DNA of 32,000 bases from Candidatus Methylomirabilis oxygeniifera (GCA_000091165.1 FP565575.1:2520001-2552000), one strand, 5' to 3'; shown: positions 16,105 to 26,259, counted from the stretch's first letter. The notes: generated by a model not told the origin, from the sequence alone. Program-made: numbers and translations.

Positions 16105-17055
16105 TCACGACAACGCATCCGGCCCCATGCCGGTTTCTATCAACTGCTTACTGTATTCTGCAATCCCTCGATCGATCGGATACTTCGGAACATAGTCCAA
16201 TTCCGCACGCGCGAGGCTCACGTCGGCCTCGGTGTGCGGCTGATAGAATGGGTACGGGTTATCAAAGTAGTCGGGCTCATAGTCGGTCCCGAGGGCCTTA
16301 TTCAACAACGCAATGACCTCATTGAACGAGGTGGGGCGCCCGGAACCGACATTGTAGACGCCGCTGTGATTGGCCTCTGCGGCCAGCAGCGTCGCCTCCA
16401 CAACGTCTTTCACGTACACAAAGTCGCGTGCCTGCTCCCCCCGCTTAAAGATCCGCGGCCGCTTGCCCGATTGAATCTGCTTCGCCAACTGGTAGATCAT
16501 GCTGGCTGCAGCTCCTTTGTGAGTTTCGCCGGGTCCATATACATTAAAGTACCGGAGCCCGACAATTCTGAAGCCTCCCGAAACATCATCAAGACGCTTG
16601 GCCAGATTTTCCAGGAGCGTCTTCGAAAAGGCATACACGTTGGCAGGGCGGATAGGCTGATCCTCCTGCATCCGGCCCGAGCGGCAGACACCGTAGACGG
16701 CGGCAGAAGAGGCATAGATTAGGGGCGTCCCGGAGGCGCGGGCGAACTCCGCCACCCGCCGAAAGCCTTCCACATTATTCCAAATCATCTGCTGCGCATC
16801 GGTGACGGTTGTATCGGTGATTGAAGCCAGATGAAATACCACCTGAAATTCACCCGGCTGAAACCGGCCGAGAAGATCTAGCCCTGCAAGATCCTGGGCC
16901 ACCAGATCGCCTCGAAATCCAATGAGATTGCTGTACTCACCAGAACGAAAGTCATCGATGATGGTGATCCGAATGTCCGGGTATCGCCTCTCCAGCTCCA
17001 GGACCAGATTCGACCCAATAAAACCGGCTCCACCCGTAATCAGCGCACTTTCCAT
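16105..17055 (-). CDS. hldD: ADP-L-glycero-D-manno-heptose 6-epimerase-like NAD-dependent epimerase
   Basis: 316 aa with GGAGFIGSN, YASSAAVYG, YAFSK, GLRYFNVYGPGETHKGAAASM and YQPHTEADV blocks, collinear with E. coli HldD/RfaD from memory. Confidence 0.75.
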   Translation of the reverse strand: MESALITGGAGFIGSNLVLELERRYPDIRITIIDDFRSGEYSNLIGFRGDLVAQDLAGLDLLGRFQPGEFQVVFHLASITDTTVTDAQQMIWNNVEGFRRVAEFARASGTPLIYASSAAVYGVCRSGRMQEDQPIRPANVYAFSKTLLENLAKRLDDVSGGFRIVGLRYFNVYGPGETHKGAAASMIYQLAKQIQSGKRPRIFKRGEQARDFVYVKDVVEATLLAAEANHSGVYNVGSGRPTSFNEVIALLNKALGTDYEPDYFDNPYPFYQPHTEADVSLARAELDYVPKYPIDRGIAEYSKQLIETGMGPDALS

Positions 17056-17066
17056 CTTCCTCCAGC

Positions 17067-17129
17067 AAACAGCATTCAGCGATCAGCTTTCGGTTTGTGC
17101 TGTCGGCTGACCGTTGATAGCTTCTTCAG
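17067..17129. repeat. GCTGA-rich hairpin repeat family, copy between hldD start and tRNA-Ser(GGA)
   Basis: AAACAGCATTCAGCGATCAGC...GCTGTCGGCTGACCGTTGATAGCTTCTTCAG forms an imperfect inverted repeat. The first 21 nt match 17612..17632 in 20 of 21 positions. Confidence 0.7.
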
Positions 17130-17219
17130 TGGCGGAGAGGCCGGGATTCGAACCCGGGGCAGAGTTTCCCCTGCTCACGCTTTCCAGGCGTGCCAGTTAA
17201 ACCGCTCCTGCACCTCTCC
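17130..17219 (-). tRNA. tRNA-Ser (anticodon GGA), long variable arm, CCA encoded
   Basis: Minus strand reads GGAGAGGTGCAGGAGCGG...CGCCTGGAAAGCGTG...GGGTTCGAATCCCGGCCTCTCCGCCA, with anticodon loop CTGGAAA. Confidence 0.9.
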
Positions 17220-17226
17220 GCAAGAA

Positions 17227-17308
17227 TAGGGTCTTAGGGTATAGCGTATAGGGTTTAGGGGGTCAGACTCTCTTCGAGGCTCTTCAGCCTTTACCCTATA
17301 CCCTAACT
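17227..17308. repeat. GGGTNTA heptamer inverted repeat, copy B (tRNA spacer)
   Basis: TAGGGTCTTAGGGTATAGCGTATAGGGTTTAGGGGG...CCTTTACCCTATACCCTAAC fills the spacer between tRNA-Ser(GGA) and tRNA-Ser(CGA). Confidence 0.8.
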
Positions 17309-17314
17309 TTTCAG

Positions 17315-17404
17315 TGGCGGAGAGGGGGGGATTCGAACCCCCGGAGCAGTTACCCGCTCAGCGGTTTTCGAGACCGCCCGATTCAACCACTCTCGCACCT
17401 CTCC
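17315..17404 (-). tRNA. tRNA-Ser (anticodon CGA), long variable arm, CCA encoded
   Basis: Minus strand reads GGAGAGGTGCGAGAGTGG...GCGGTCTCGAAAACCGC...GGGTTCGAATCCCCCCCTCTCCGCCA, with anticodon loop CTCGAAA. Confidence 0.9.
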
Positions 17405-17412
17405 ACAAGACA

Positions 17413-17506
17413 ATAGGGTTTAGGGTGTAGGGGGTAGGGTAAAAAGGGGGCCGCTCTCCATCGGGGCTCTTCACCCTTTACCCTATACCCTTCACCCTAT
17501 ACCCTG
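17413..17506. repeat. GGGTNTA heptamer inverted repeat, copy C (tRNA spacer)
   Basis: ATAGGGTTTAGGGTGTAGGGGGTAGGGTAAAAAGGGGG...CTTCACCCTTTACCCTATACCCTTCACCCTATACCCTG. There are at least 4 G-tracts on each strand. Confidence 0.85.
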
Positions 17507-17514
17507 CTTTTTAT

Positions 17515-17606
17515 TGGCGGAGAGGCCGGGATTCGAACCCGGGCTGCACCTTTCGGCACAGACTCGCTTAGCAGGCGAGCACCTTCGGCCACTCGGTCAC
17601 CTCTCC
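17515..17606 (-). tRNA. tRNA-Ser (anticodon GCT), long variable arm, CCA encoded
   Basis: Minus strand reads GGAGAGGTGACCGAGTGG...CTCGCCTGCTAAGCGAG...GGGTTCGAATCCCGGCCTCTCCGCCA, with anticodon loop CTGCTAA. Confidence 0.9.
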
Positions 17607-17611
17607 GCAAA

Positions 17612-17679
17612 AAACAGCATTCAGCAATCAGCGGTCAGCTTTCAGCCTGCTGACGGCTGAGAGCTGATAGCTTCTTTCT
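17612..17679. repeat. GCTGA-rich hairpin repeat family, copy between tRNA-Ser(GCT) and tRNA-Ser(TGA)
   Basis: AAACAGCATTCAGCAATCAGCGGTCAGCTTTCAGCCTGCTGACGGCTGAGAGCTGATAGCTTCTTTCTT, with nested inverted repeats (GTCAGC/GCTGAC and TCAGCAATCAGC/GCTGAGAGCTGA). Confidence 0.75.
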
Positions 17680-17765
17680 TGGCGGAGGGGGTAGGATTCG
17701 AACCCACGAGGCTTTCGCCTAACGGTTTTCAAGACCGCCGCCTTCAACCGCTCGGCCACCCCTCC
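17680..17765 (-). tRNA. tRNA-Ser (anticodon TGA), long variable arm, CCA encoded
   Basis: Minus strand reads GGAGGGGTGGCCGAGCGG...GCGGTCTTGAAAACCGT...GGGTTCGAATCCTACCCCCTCCGCCA, with anticodon loop CTTGAAA. Confidence 0.9.
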
Positions 17766-17773
17766 ACGAAGAA

Positions 17774-17855
17774 CAGGGTTTAGGGGCTAGGGTATAGAGT
17801 AAAGGCAAATACTCAGCCCCGAAACTATACCCTAAACCCTCCACCCTATACCCCG
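17774..17855. repeat. GGGTNTA heptamer inverted repeat, copy D (overlaps the serS stop codon)
   Basis: CAGGGTTTAGGGGCTAGGGTATAGAG...CTATACCCTAAACCCTCCACCCTATACCCC. On the minus strand the arm reads GGGGTATAGGGTGGAGGGTTTAGGGTATAG, and its first GGG GTA TAG are the last two sense codons and the stop codon of serS. Confidence 0.85.
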
Positions 17856-19132
17856 TCTTTACTGATCCGTTCCAGGCCCCCCATATAAGGTCGGATCGCC
17901 TCCGGAATATTTACGCTGCCGTCGGCCTCCTGAAAGTTCTCCAGGATCGCCAGCCACGTTCGCCCTACCGCAACGCCCGACCCGTTCAGCGTATGGACAA
18001 ACTGTGGCGCCGCCTTCGCCGAGGGTCGATAGCGAATGTTGGCCCGCCTCGCCTGAAACGCCTCGCAGTTGCTGATTGACGAGACCTCTCGATACGTCCC
18101 TTGACTCGGGATCCAGAGCTCGATGTCATAGGTTTTTGCAGCCGCAAACCCTAAATCGGTCGTACAGAGCGCCACCGTGCGGTACGGCAGGCCCAGCCGC
18201 TGCAGGACCGTCTCCGCGTGCCGGGTCATCTCCTCCAGCGCCTCATAGGAGCGCTCGGGCTCCGCAAGCTTCACCAACTCCACTTTATTGAACTGGTGCT
18301 GCCGCATGAGGCCCCGAGTGTCTTTACCGTACGAACCGGCCTCCCGCCGAAAACAGGGGGTATAGGCGACGTAGGAGAGGGGCAGTGTTCCGGGCGGCAG
18401 GATCTCCTCACGGTGAAGATTGGTCACAGGAACCTCTGCCGTCGGGATCATGTAGAGTCCTTCATCCTTCGTCTTGAACAGCTCCTCGCCAAACTTGGGG
18501 AGCTGGCCCGTTCCGCGCATGGCCTCGGCGTTCACCAAGAGCGGCGGGAGAATCTCTGTGTAACCGTGCTCCTTCCCGTGCAGATCAAGCATGAAGCCGA
18601 TCAGCGCACGCTCCAGCCTGGCCCCCACCCCTTTCAGGACGGCAAAGCGCGATTGCGCAATTGCGGCCGCTCGCTCGAAGTCCAGGATCCCCAGCGCTTC
18701 CCCGAGCTCCCAGTGCGATTTCGGCTCAAAGTCAAACTGACGGGGGCTACCCCATCGTCTGATCTCAACATTGTCTGCAGCCGATTGTCCGATCGGGACG
18801 GACGCATGCGGGAGGTTTGGGAGAAAGAGCGCGGCCTCCTGCAAGAGGTCTTCCTTCTCTTTGAGCTGCTTTTCTAAGCCGACCAGAAGATCGGCGTCGG
18901 CAGCCGCCTGTGCGATGGCATCACTTGCGCTCTGGCCTTGTCGCTTAAGTTCGGCTACCTTCTTCGACAGCTCATTGCGTCTCTGCCGAAGCCGCTCTAC
19001 CTCGATAAGCGTCGCTCGCCGCTCGGTATCAAGCCGAACAAACTCGTCCAGCGTTGAGGGCGCAGAGCCCTTGGCTGCAAGTCGCTCGCGCACAAAATCG
19101 GTATTGTCACGAATAAGTCTCAGGTCCAGCAC
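17846..19132 (-). CDS. serS: seryl-tRNA synthetase
   Basis: 428 aa with an N-terminal coiled-coil arm and class II motifs (FRREAGSYGKDTRGLMRQHQFNKVE, GSGVAVGRTWLAILEN). GTG start. Confidence 0.92.
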   Translation of the reverse strand: MLDLRLIRDNTDFVRERLAAKGSAPSTLDEFVRLDTERRATLIEVERLRQRRNELSKKVAELKRQGQSASDAIAQAAADADLLVGLEKQLKEKEDLLQEAALFLPNLPHASVPIGQSAADNVEIRRWGSPRQFDFEPKSHWELGEALGILDFERAAAIAQSRFAVLKGVGARLERALIGFMLDLHGKEHGYTEILPPLLVNAEAMRGTGQLPKFGEELFKTKDEGLYMIPTAEVPVTNLHREEILPPGTLPLSYVAYTPCFRREAGSYGKDTRGLMRQHQFNKVELVKLAEPERSYEALEEMTRHAETVLQRLGLPYRTVALCTTDLGFAAAKTYDIELWIPSQGTYREVSSISNCEAFQARRANIRYRPSAKAAPQFVHTLNGSGVAVGRTWLAILENFQEADGSVNIPEAIRPYMGGLERISKDGV

Positions 19133-19150
19133 GGGTACTTGCCAATTCCG

Positions 19151-19225
19151 TCCACCCTGAGCTTGTCGAAGGGTGAATCTTGTGACAGCGTTCCGTTCAT
19201 GCTTCGACAGGCTCAGCGCGAACGG
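19151..19225 (-). repeat. double-hairpin / bistable palindromic element in the serS leader
   Basis: On the minus strand, CCGTTC-22 nt-GAACGG and CACCC-13 nt-GGGTG form local hairpins. Their loops (CTGAGCCTGTCGAAG and CTTCGACAAGCTCAG) are complementary in 14 of 15 positions. Confidence 0.7.
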
Positions 19226-19289
19226 TCATTATGCGATGCTGCGCTGCGGCTCGGTTGTCGCCAACGCGTGTTGCGCAGGCAGAGGCGTC

Positions 19290-19318
19290 ACTATACCACG
19301 CCGCCCGACATCGCTCAA
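19290..19318 (-). promoter_or_regulatory. candidate sigma70 promoter for serS (TTGAGC-17 nt-TATAGT)
   Basis: Minus strand reads TTGAGC (19318..19313, overlapping the gyrA TGA stop), a 17-nt spacer, then TATAGT (19295..19290). Confidence 0.4.
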
Positions 19319-21840
19319 GCCTCGTCGAGCGGGCCGGCTTCTCCTCCCGGTTCAGGCGGGGACTGGGGCCCATCCGCCTCCTCAACGCCCTCGTCGTCAC
19401 TAACGAGCCGCGTCACTGCAGCCACGCGATCGGTTGGCTCAAGCCCCTGAAGCCTTACCCCCTGCGTAGCCCTGCCGATGAGGCTGATCTCGTCCACCCG
19501 CATCCGCGTAATCCTTCCTTCCTGAGAAATCATCATGATCTGATCGCCGGACTGCACCAGCATGACCCCGACTGCGGGACCGTTTCGGTCAGTCGCCCGA
19601 ATATTGATGATCCCCTTGCCGCCCCGACTCTGCAACCGATACTCTTCGGGGTCGGTCCGCTTGCCGTACCCCCGCTCCGTAACCGTGAGGACTGCCGCGC
19701 CTTGGGCGACCACCTCGGCCCCAACCACCTCGTCGCCCCCCTCCAGCGAGATCCCCTTGACGCCGCGAGCCGCGCGTCCGGCCGATCGAACCTCGTCTTC
19801 CTTAAAGCGGATCGCCATCCCCTGCCTGGTGCCGAGCAGAATCTCGTCGTCCCCTTTGGTGAGGCGGACTGCGATCAATTCGTCTCCCCCATCCAGCGTG
19901 ATGGCGATGATGCCGCCCGCGCGGGGGTTGCCGTAGGCATTCAGCTCGGTCTTCTTGACGATCCCGCGCCGTGTCGCCATCAGCAGGTAGCGATCGACCT
20001 CGAACTGGCGAATCGGGATGACGGTCGTGATCTGCTCCCCGACTCCGAGTTGCAGGAAGTTGGCGAGGGCTTTGCCCTTTGCCGCGTGCCCAAGCTGGGG
20101 CAACCCATACACCTTCAGCCAGTGCACCTTCCCTTGATTGGTAAAGAGGAGGAGGTGGCTGTGGGTGGTGGCGACAAAAAGATGCTCCACGTAGTCCTCC
20201 TCCTTGGTCGCCATCCCCGTCATCCCCTTACCGCCGCGGCGCTGGCTCCGATAGGCGTTGAGGTTGCTCCGCTTGATATACCCGCCGTGTGTGATAGGAA
20301 TGACCATTTCCTCGTCGGCCAGCATATCTTCCAGCTCGATCTCGGTGGTCTCTTCAAGGATCTCCGTGCGGCGCAGGTCGCCGTAGGTCTCCTTGATCGC
20401 CAGCAGCTCTTCTTTGATAATCTGACACACCAGGGCTTCGCTGGCCAGTATGGCGCGGTACCGTTCGATGGCCGCAATGGTCTCGCTGTACTCATCCTGG
20501 ATCTTTTGCCGCTCAAGTTGCGTCAGACGCTGCAGGCGCAACTCCAAAATGGCCTGGGCCTGGATTTGGCTCATGCCGAACTGCTCCATCAGCCCGGCGC
20601 GGGCGTCGTCCGCCGAGCGGGATCGCCGGATCAGGGCGATGACCGCGTCCAGGTGGTCCAGCGCGATCCGATACCCCTCCAGGATATGGGCGCGCTCCTC
20701 AGCCTTCCTGAGATCAAAGCGAGTCCGCCGGATCACGATGGTCTTTCGGTGTTCGATGAAGTGTGAGAGCGCTTCCTTCAGCGCCAGGACCTTCGGCTGG
20801 CCTTCAACGAGGGCAAGCATAATGGCGCCGAAGGTCGATTGCATCGCCGTGTGCTTGAAGAGCTGGTTGAGGATCGGGGGGGCCGGCTGCTCCTTTTTAA
20901 GCTCGATCACGATGCGCATCCCTTCCCGGTCCGACTCATCCCGAAGATCTGCAATCCCTTCGATCTTCCGGTCTCGAACCAGTTCGGCGATCCGCTCGAT
21001 CAGCTTGGCCTTATTCACCTGATACGGCAGCTCCGAGACAATGATGGCCTCGCGAGCGCCTCGGCTCTTTTCCACAAACGCCTTTGCGCGCATCCGGATC
21101 AGGCCCCGGCCCGTCAGGTAGGCATCCCGAATTCCCGTCCTGCCATAGATATAGGCGCCCGTCGGAAAGTCCGGCCCCGGCAGCACGGCCATCAGCCGGT
21201 CCGGCGTCGCGTCCGGATCCTCAAGCAGGATCAGCAGGGCATCCACCGTCTCGCTAAGGTTGTGGGGCGGAATGTTGGTGGCCATCCCGACGGCGATCCC
21301 CGAAGAGCCGTTGACCAGTAGATTCGGCAGCGCGGCCGGCAGTAGCGTCGGCTCTTCAAGGGTCTCGTCGAAGTTGGGCGCCAGGTCCACCGTCTCCTTG
21401 TCGATGTCCCGAAGCATCTCCTGGGCAATCTTCGCCAGTCGTACCTCGGTATACCGCATCGCCGCCGGCGCGTCCCCGTCCACCGAGCCGAAGTTGCCCT
21501 GGCCGTCAATGAGGGGATATCGCATCGAAAAGTCCTGGACCAGACGAACGATGGTGTCGTAAACGGCCGTATCGCCGTGAGGATGGTACTTTCCCAGGAC
21601 CTCACCGACGATGCGCGCCGCCTTCTTGTATGAACGGCCTGCGCTCAGTCCCAGCTCCTGCATGGCGTAGAGCACCCTGCGGTGGACGGGCTTAAGTCCA
21701 TCCCGCACATCGGGCAGGGCTCGGCCGATGATGACGCTCATCGCGTAGTCCATGTACGACCGGCGCATCTCCTCGTGGATGTCCGTCGGCCTAACCTCGC
21801 CCACCCGATTTAACCCAATGTGCTGCTGCTCTTCAGGCAT
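19315..21840 (-). CDS. gyrA: DNA gyrase subunit A
   Basis: 841 aa with the [32 protein letters not shown] (QRDR) and AAMRYTE active-site Tyr blocks, plus a C-terminal beta-pinwheel repeat region. Confidence 0.95.
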   Translation of the reverse strand: MPEEQQHIGLNRVGEVRPTDIHEEMRRSYMDYAMSVIIGRALPDVRDGLKPVHRRVLYAMQELGLSAGRSYKKAARIVGEVLGKYHPHGDTAVYDTIVRLVQDFSMRYPLIDGQGNFGSVDGDAPAAMRYTEVRLAKIAQEMLRDIDKETVDLAPNFDETLEEPTLLPAALPNLLVNGSSGIAVGMATNIPPHNLSETVDALLILLEDPDATPDRLMAVLPGPDFPTGAYIYGRTGIRDAYLTGRGLIRMRAKAFVEKSRGAREAIIVSELPYQVNKAKLIERIAELVRDRKIEGIADLRDESDREGMRIVIELKKEQPAPPILNQLFKHTAMQSTFGAIMLALVEGQPKVLALKEALSHFIEHRKTIVIRRTRFDLRKAEERAHILEGYRIALDHLDAVIALIRRSRSADDARAGLMEQFGMSQIQAQAILELRLQRLTQLERQKIQDEYSETIAAIERYRAILASEALVCQIIKEELLAIKETYGDLRRTEILEETTEIELEDMLADEEMVIPITHGGYIKRSNLNAYRSQRRGGKGMTGMATKEEDYVEHLFVATTHSHLLLFTNQGKVHWLKVYGLPQLGHAAKGKALANFLQLGVGEQITTVIPIRQFEVDRYLLMATRRGIVKKTELNAYGNPRAGGIIAITLDGGDELIAVRLTKGDDEILLGTRQGMAIRFKEDEVRSAGRAARGVKGISLEGGDEVVGAEVVAQGAAVLTVTERGYGKRTDPEEYRLQSRGGKGIINIRATDRNGPAVGVMLVQSGDQIMMISQEGRITRMRVDEISLIGRATQGVRLQGLEPTDRVAAVTRLVSDDEGVEEADGPQSPPEPGGEAGPLDEA

Positions 21841-21860
21841 TCGCTTCTCCCGTTCTGCAC

Positions 21861-21887
21861 AAACGAAAACGGCCCGATCTCCGGGCC
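21861..21887 (-). terminator. terminator-like or attenuator hairpin between gyrB and gyrA (GGCCCG-GAGAT-CGGGCC followed by GTTTTCGTTTG)
   Basis: 6-bp GC stem at 21871..21876 / 21882..21887 with a T-rich tail on the minus strand. It ends only about 20 nt before the gyrA ATG, where the SD is GGGAGAAG. Confidence 0.4.
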
Positions 21888-21940
21888 TCGACGCAATAGC
21901 AGCTCATCGTCGGTTGTTACAGCTCCAGGGGGTTCACTGT

Positions 21941-21977
21941 CCCCCCCTAAACTCTTCACCCTACACCCTATACCCTG
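21941..21977. repeat. GGGTNTA heptamer repeat, half copy E (one arm only) in the gyrB-gyrA spacer
   Basis: CCCCCCCTAAACTCTTCACCCTACACCCTATACCCTG resembles the right arm of copy C (CTCTTCACCCTTTACCCTATACCC...). The minus strand carries GGG-TATA-GGG-TGTA-GGG-11 nt-GGGGGGG. Confidence 0.7.
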
Positions 21978-21989
21978 TTTCTTTGTGGG

Positions 21990-24497
<2,508 letters not shown>

Positions 24498-24552
24498 CTA
24501 GTGGCTCGTGGTGCATGATTGCTGAGGAATAGTTCGGGCCATTGGTCACACA

Positions 24553-25659
24553 CTACAGCCTCATCGGCATAATCACACACGTATACTGCTTGTCGTCCTT
24601 GCCGGAAAATAGCGCCGGGCTGAGCGGGTCCTGTAGTCGGATCGTCGCCTGTTCGGTGGTCAGCGCACCTAGGAAGTCCAGGATGTACCGCGCGTTGAAT
24701 CCCACACTCATCTCGTCATGTTGATACTCAATATCGAGACGTTCTCGCGCCTCCCCAAGGTCGAGGTTCACGCAACTGAGCAGGAGTCGCCCGGGGGTGA
24801 ATTTCATCGTGGTGGGGAGAGCGCGCTCACCCAGAATGGTGGACGTTCGACGAAGCCCGGCCAGGAACGCCTCGCGATTAACCGTGACCTCCTTGGTCGC
24901 ATTGGCGGGAATGACCTGTTCATAGTTAGGAAACTGTCCCTCAATGAGGCGCGCGTCGATCAGGGTGTCGTCGGTCTGGAGAAGAAGGTGATTATCTGAG
25001 ATCTCGATGGTGATTTGGCCGGGTTCTTCTCGCAACAACTTGAGCGTCTCTGCCGCGGCTTTCCGCGGGATAATGGCGTCGATTGCGGCGGTCAACTGAC
25101 AGCTATCGGATGACAACTCATGATTGGTCATTGCGAGCCGATGACCGTCAGTGGCTACCATCTTGACATCCTTTGGCGTGACACGAAAGAGGATTCCATT
25201 TAAAGTATAGCGAGTCTGATCGGATGAGACAGCAAACAATGTCCGTCGTATCATGTCGCGAAACAGGCGACGATCAATAACAATGCCGCTCTGCTTCGGT
25301 TCGCGCATGGATGGAAAATCGTCCCGGGACAAACCTTTTACTCTAAATTCTGAGTTGCCACATGTGATGGTCGCTGTCAGCTCTCCATCGACAGAGAGAT
25401 CCACGGATGTCGCGGGGAGTTCGCGAACGATTTCATAGAGCTTTCTTGCTGAAAGCGCGATAGATCCCTCCTTCACGACTTGCCCTGGCACTCGTTTTCG
25501 CACCCCAATATCCAGATCGGTTCCAAACACCGAAAGGTACGAAGGAGAGGTCTCCAGGAGGAGGTGAGAGAGGATGGGAAGGCTCCGTTTGGTTTCTACA
25601 ACAGCCTGAATCGGCCCGACACCATTAAGCAGGTCGTCCCGTAACACCTTGATGTGCAT
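24553..25659 (-). CDS. dnaN: DNA polymerase III beta sliding clamp
   Basis: 368 aa, MHIKVLRDDLLNGVGPIQAVVETKRSLPILSHLLLE..., the typical three-domain DnaN pattern ending in MPMRL. Confidence 0.92.
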   Translation of the reverse strand: MHIKVLRDDLLNGVGPIQAVVETKRSLPILSHLLLETSPSYLSVFGTDLDIGVRKRVPGQVVKEGSIALSARKLYEIVRELPATSVDLSVDGELTATITCGNSEFRVKGLSRDDFPSMREPKQSGIVIDRRLFRDMIRRTLFAVSSDQTRYTLNGILFRVTPKDVKMVATDGHRLAMTNHELSSDSCQLTAAIDAIIPRKAAAETLKLLREEPGQITIEISDNHLLLQTDDTLIDARLIEGQFPNYEQVIPANATKEVTVNREAFLAGLRRTSTILGERALPTTMKFTPGRLLLSCVNLDLGEARERLDIEYQHDEMSVGFNARYILDFLGALTTEQATIRLQDPLSPALFSGKDDKQYTCVIMPMRL

Positions 25660-26124
25660 GTACTTCTCACTCCTCTGGAAGTGTTAGTGATTCTCTGGGT
25701 ATTCAGGATAAGAATTTAAAGATTCGAAGTAGTAATAGGTGCCTCTGGAAATGTGGATGACTCCGCCGGCCCGCATAGCGGCACGCGTTTTATAGGATCG
25801 ATCCAATGAGAAGGGTTGTGTATAACGTGCACAATGATTGAAGGTGTCGACAGATATCAACAGGCTCCCCACAGAAAATATCGACCTGCTGGGATTACAT
25901 ACTTACACACACCTTGTCCACACCTGTTGAAAACTTCTAGAGCTTTAGATATAGATAGTTAGTTACGACTTGTATCAAGCGGAGCAAAAGGAAGGCAATA
26001 CCGGCCAGCCTCGTCGGCTCCATGCGCTATTTTGGCTTGACAGCCGAGTCGTCGCAAGCTATATTGGCTTTTGTTTTCATTGTGAACAGGGGAACAATCG
26101 TCTACCGCTCAATAGGAATTCATC
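25660..26124. other. candidate chromosomal replication origin (oriC): AT-rich divergent intergenic region with DnaA-box-like 9-mers
   Basis: Gene orientation switches strand here. Three sites match TTATCCACA in 8 of 9 positions: TGTGGATGA 25752..25760, TGTGTATAA 25817..25825 and TTGTCCACA 25914..25922. There are also 7-of-9 sites at 25703..25711 and 25903..25911. An AT-rich tract with TAGAT/ATAGA/TAGTT iterations lies at about 25925..25975. Confidence 0.6.
26037..26065 (+). promoter_or_regulatory. candidate sigma70 promoter for rpmH (TTGACA-17 nt-TATATT)
   Basis: Consensus -35 TTGACA at 26037..26042, a 17-nt spacer, and TATATT at 26060..26065, about 60 nt upstream of the rpmH ATG. Confidence 0.55.
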
Positions 26125-26259
26125 ATGAAACGGACATATCAGCCCAACAAGAGCAAGCGAAAACGAACGCACGGTTTTCTGGCTCGCATGAGCACCCCTA
26201 ACGGCCGGAACGTCATCAAGCGAAGAAGGGCAAAAGGCCGCAAAAGGCTCACCGTGTAA
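26125..26259 (+). CDS. rpmH: 50S ribosomal protein L34
   Basis: Below the ORF-track length cutoff. My translation is [44 protein letters not shown], the canonical L34 sequence. Confidence 0.95.
   Translation: MKRTYQPNKSKRKRTHGFLARMSTPNGRNVIKRRRAKGRKRLTV

Noticed and set aside
15752-16316. ORFs 15752..16108 (-) and 15858..16316 (+) in the hldD-dnaX gap
   Set aside because: The interval is fully explained by a long SRP RNA whose conserved domain IV and Alu sequences are readable. The ORF translations are low complexity.
17056-17860. The repeat-spacer-repeat appearance of the tRNA region could be mistaken for a CRISPR array
   Set aside because: The unique segments are canonical tRNA-Ser genes. 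The repeats are imperfect inverted repeats from two different families with variable length, and no cas genes are present.
19133-19290. T-box leader upstream of serS
   Set aside because: There is no AGAGA/GNUGGNA specifier-domain features or T-box 14-mer. The structure present is a different, repeat-like double hairpin.
19231-20766. 511-aa plus-strand ORF antisense to gyrA. Similar long antisense ORFs occur at 6566..7747 (393 aa), 23418..24407 (329 aa), 5917..6702 (261 aa) and 14121..14732.
   Set aside because: They lie entirely opposite genes with unmistakable conserved motifs, are rich in Arg/Pro/Ala/Leu/Gly as expected for antisense frames in high-GC DNA, and show no recognisable family motifs.
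25684-25872. 62-aa minus-strand ORF inside the dnaN-rpmH intergenic region
   Set aside because: It lies in AT-rich DNA carrying DnaA-box-like sites, has no SD, and has atypical composition. It is more likely non-coding origin DNA.
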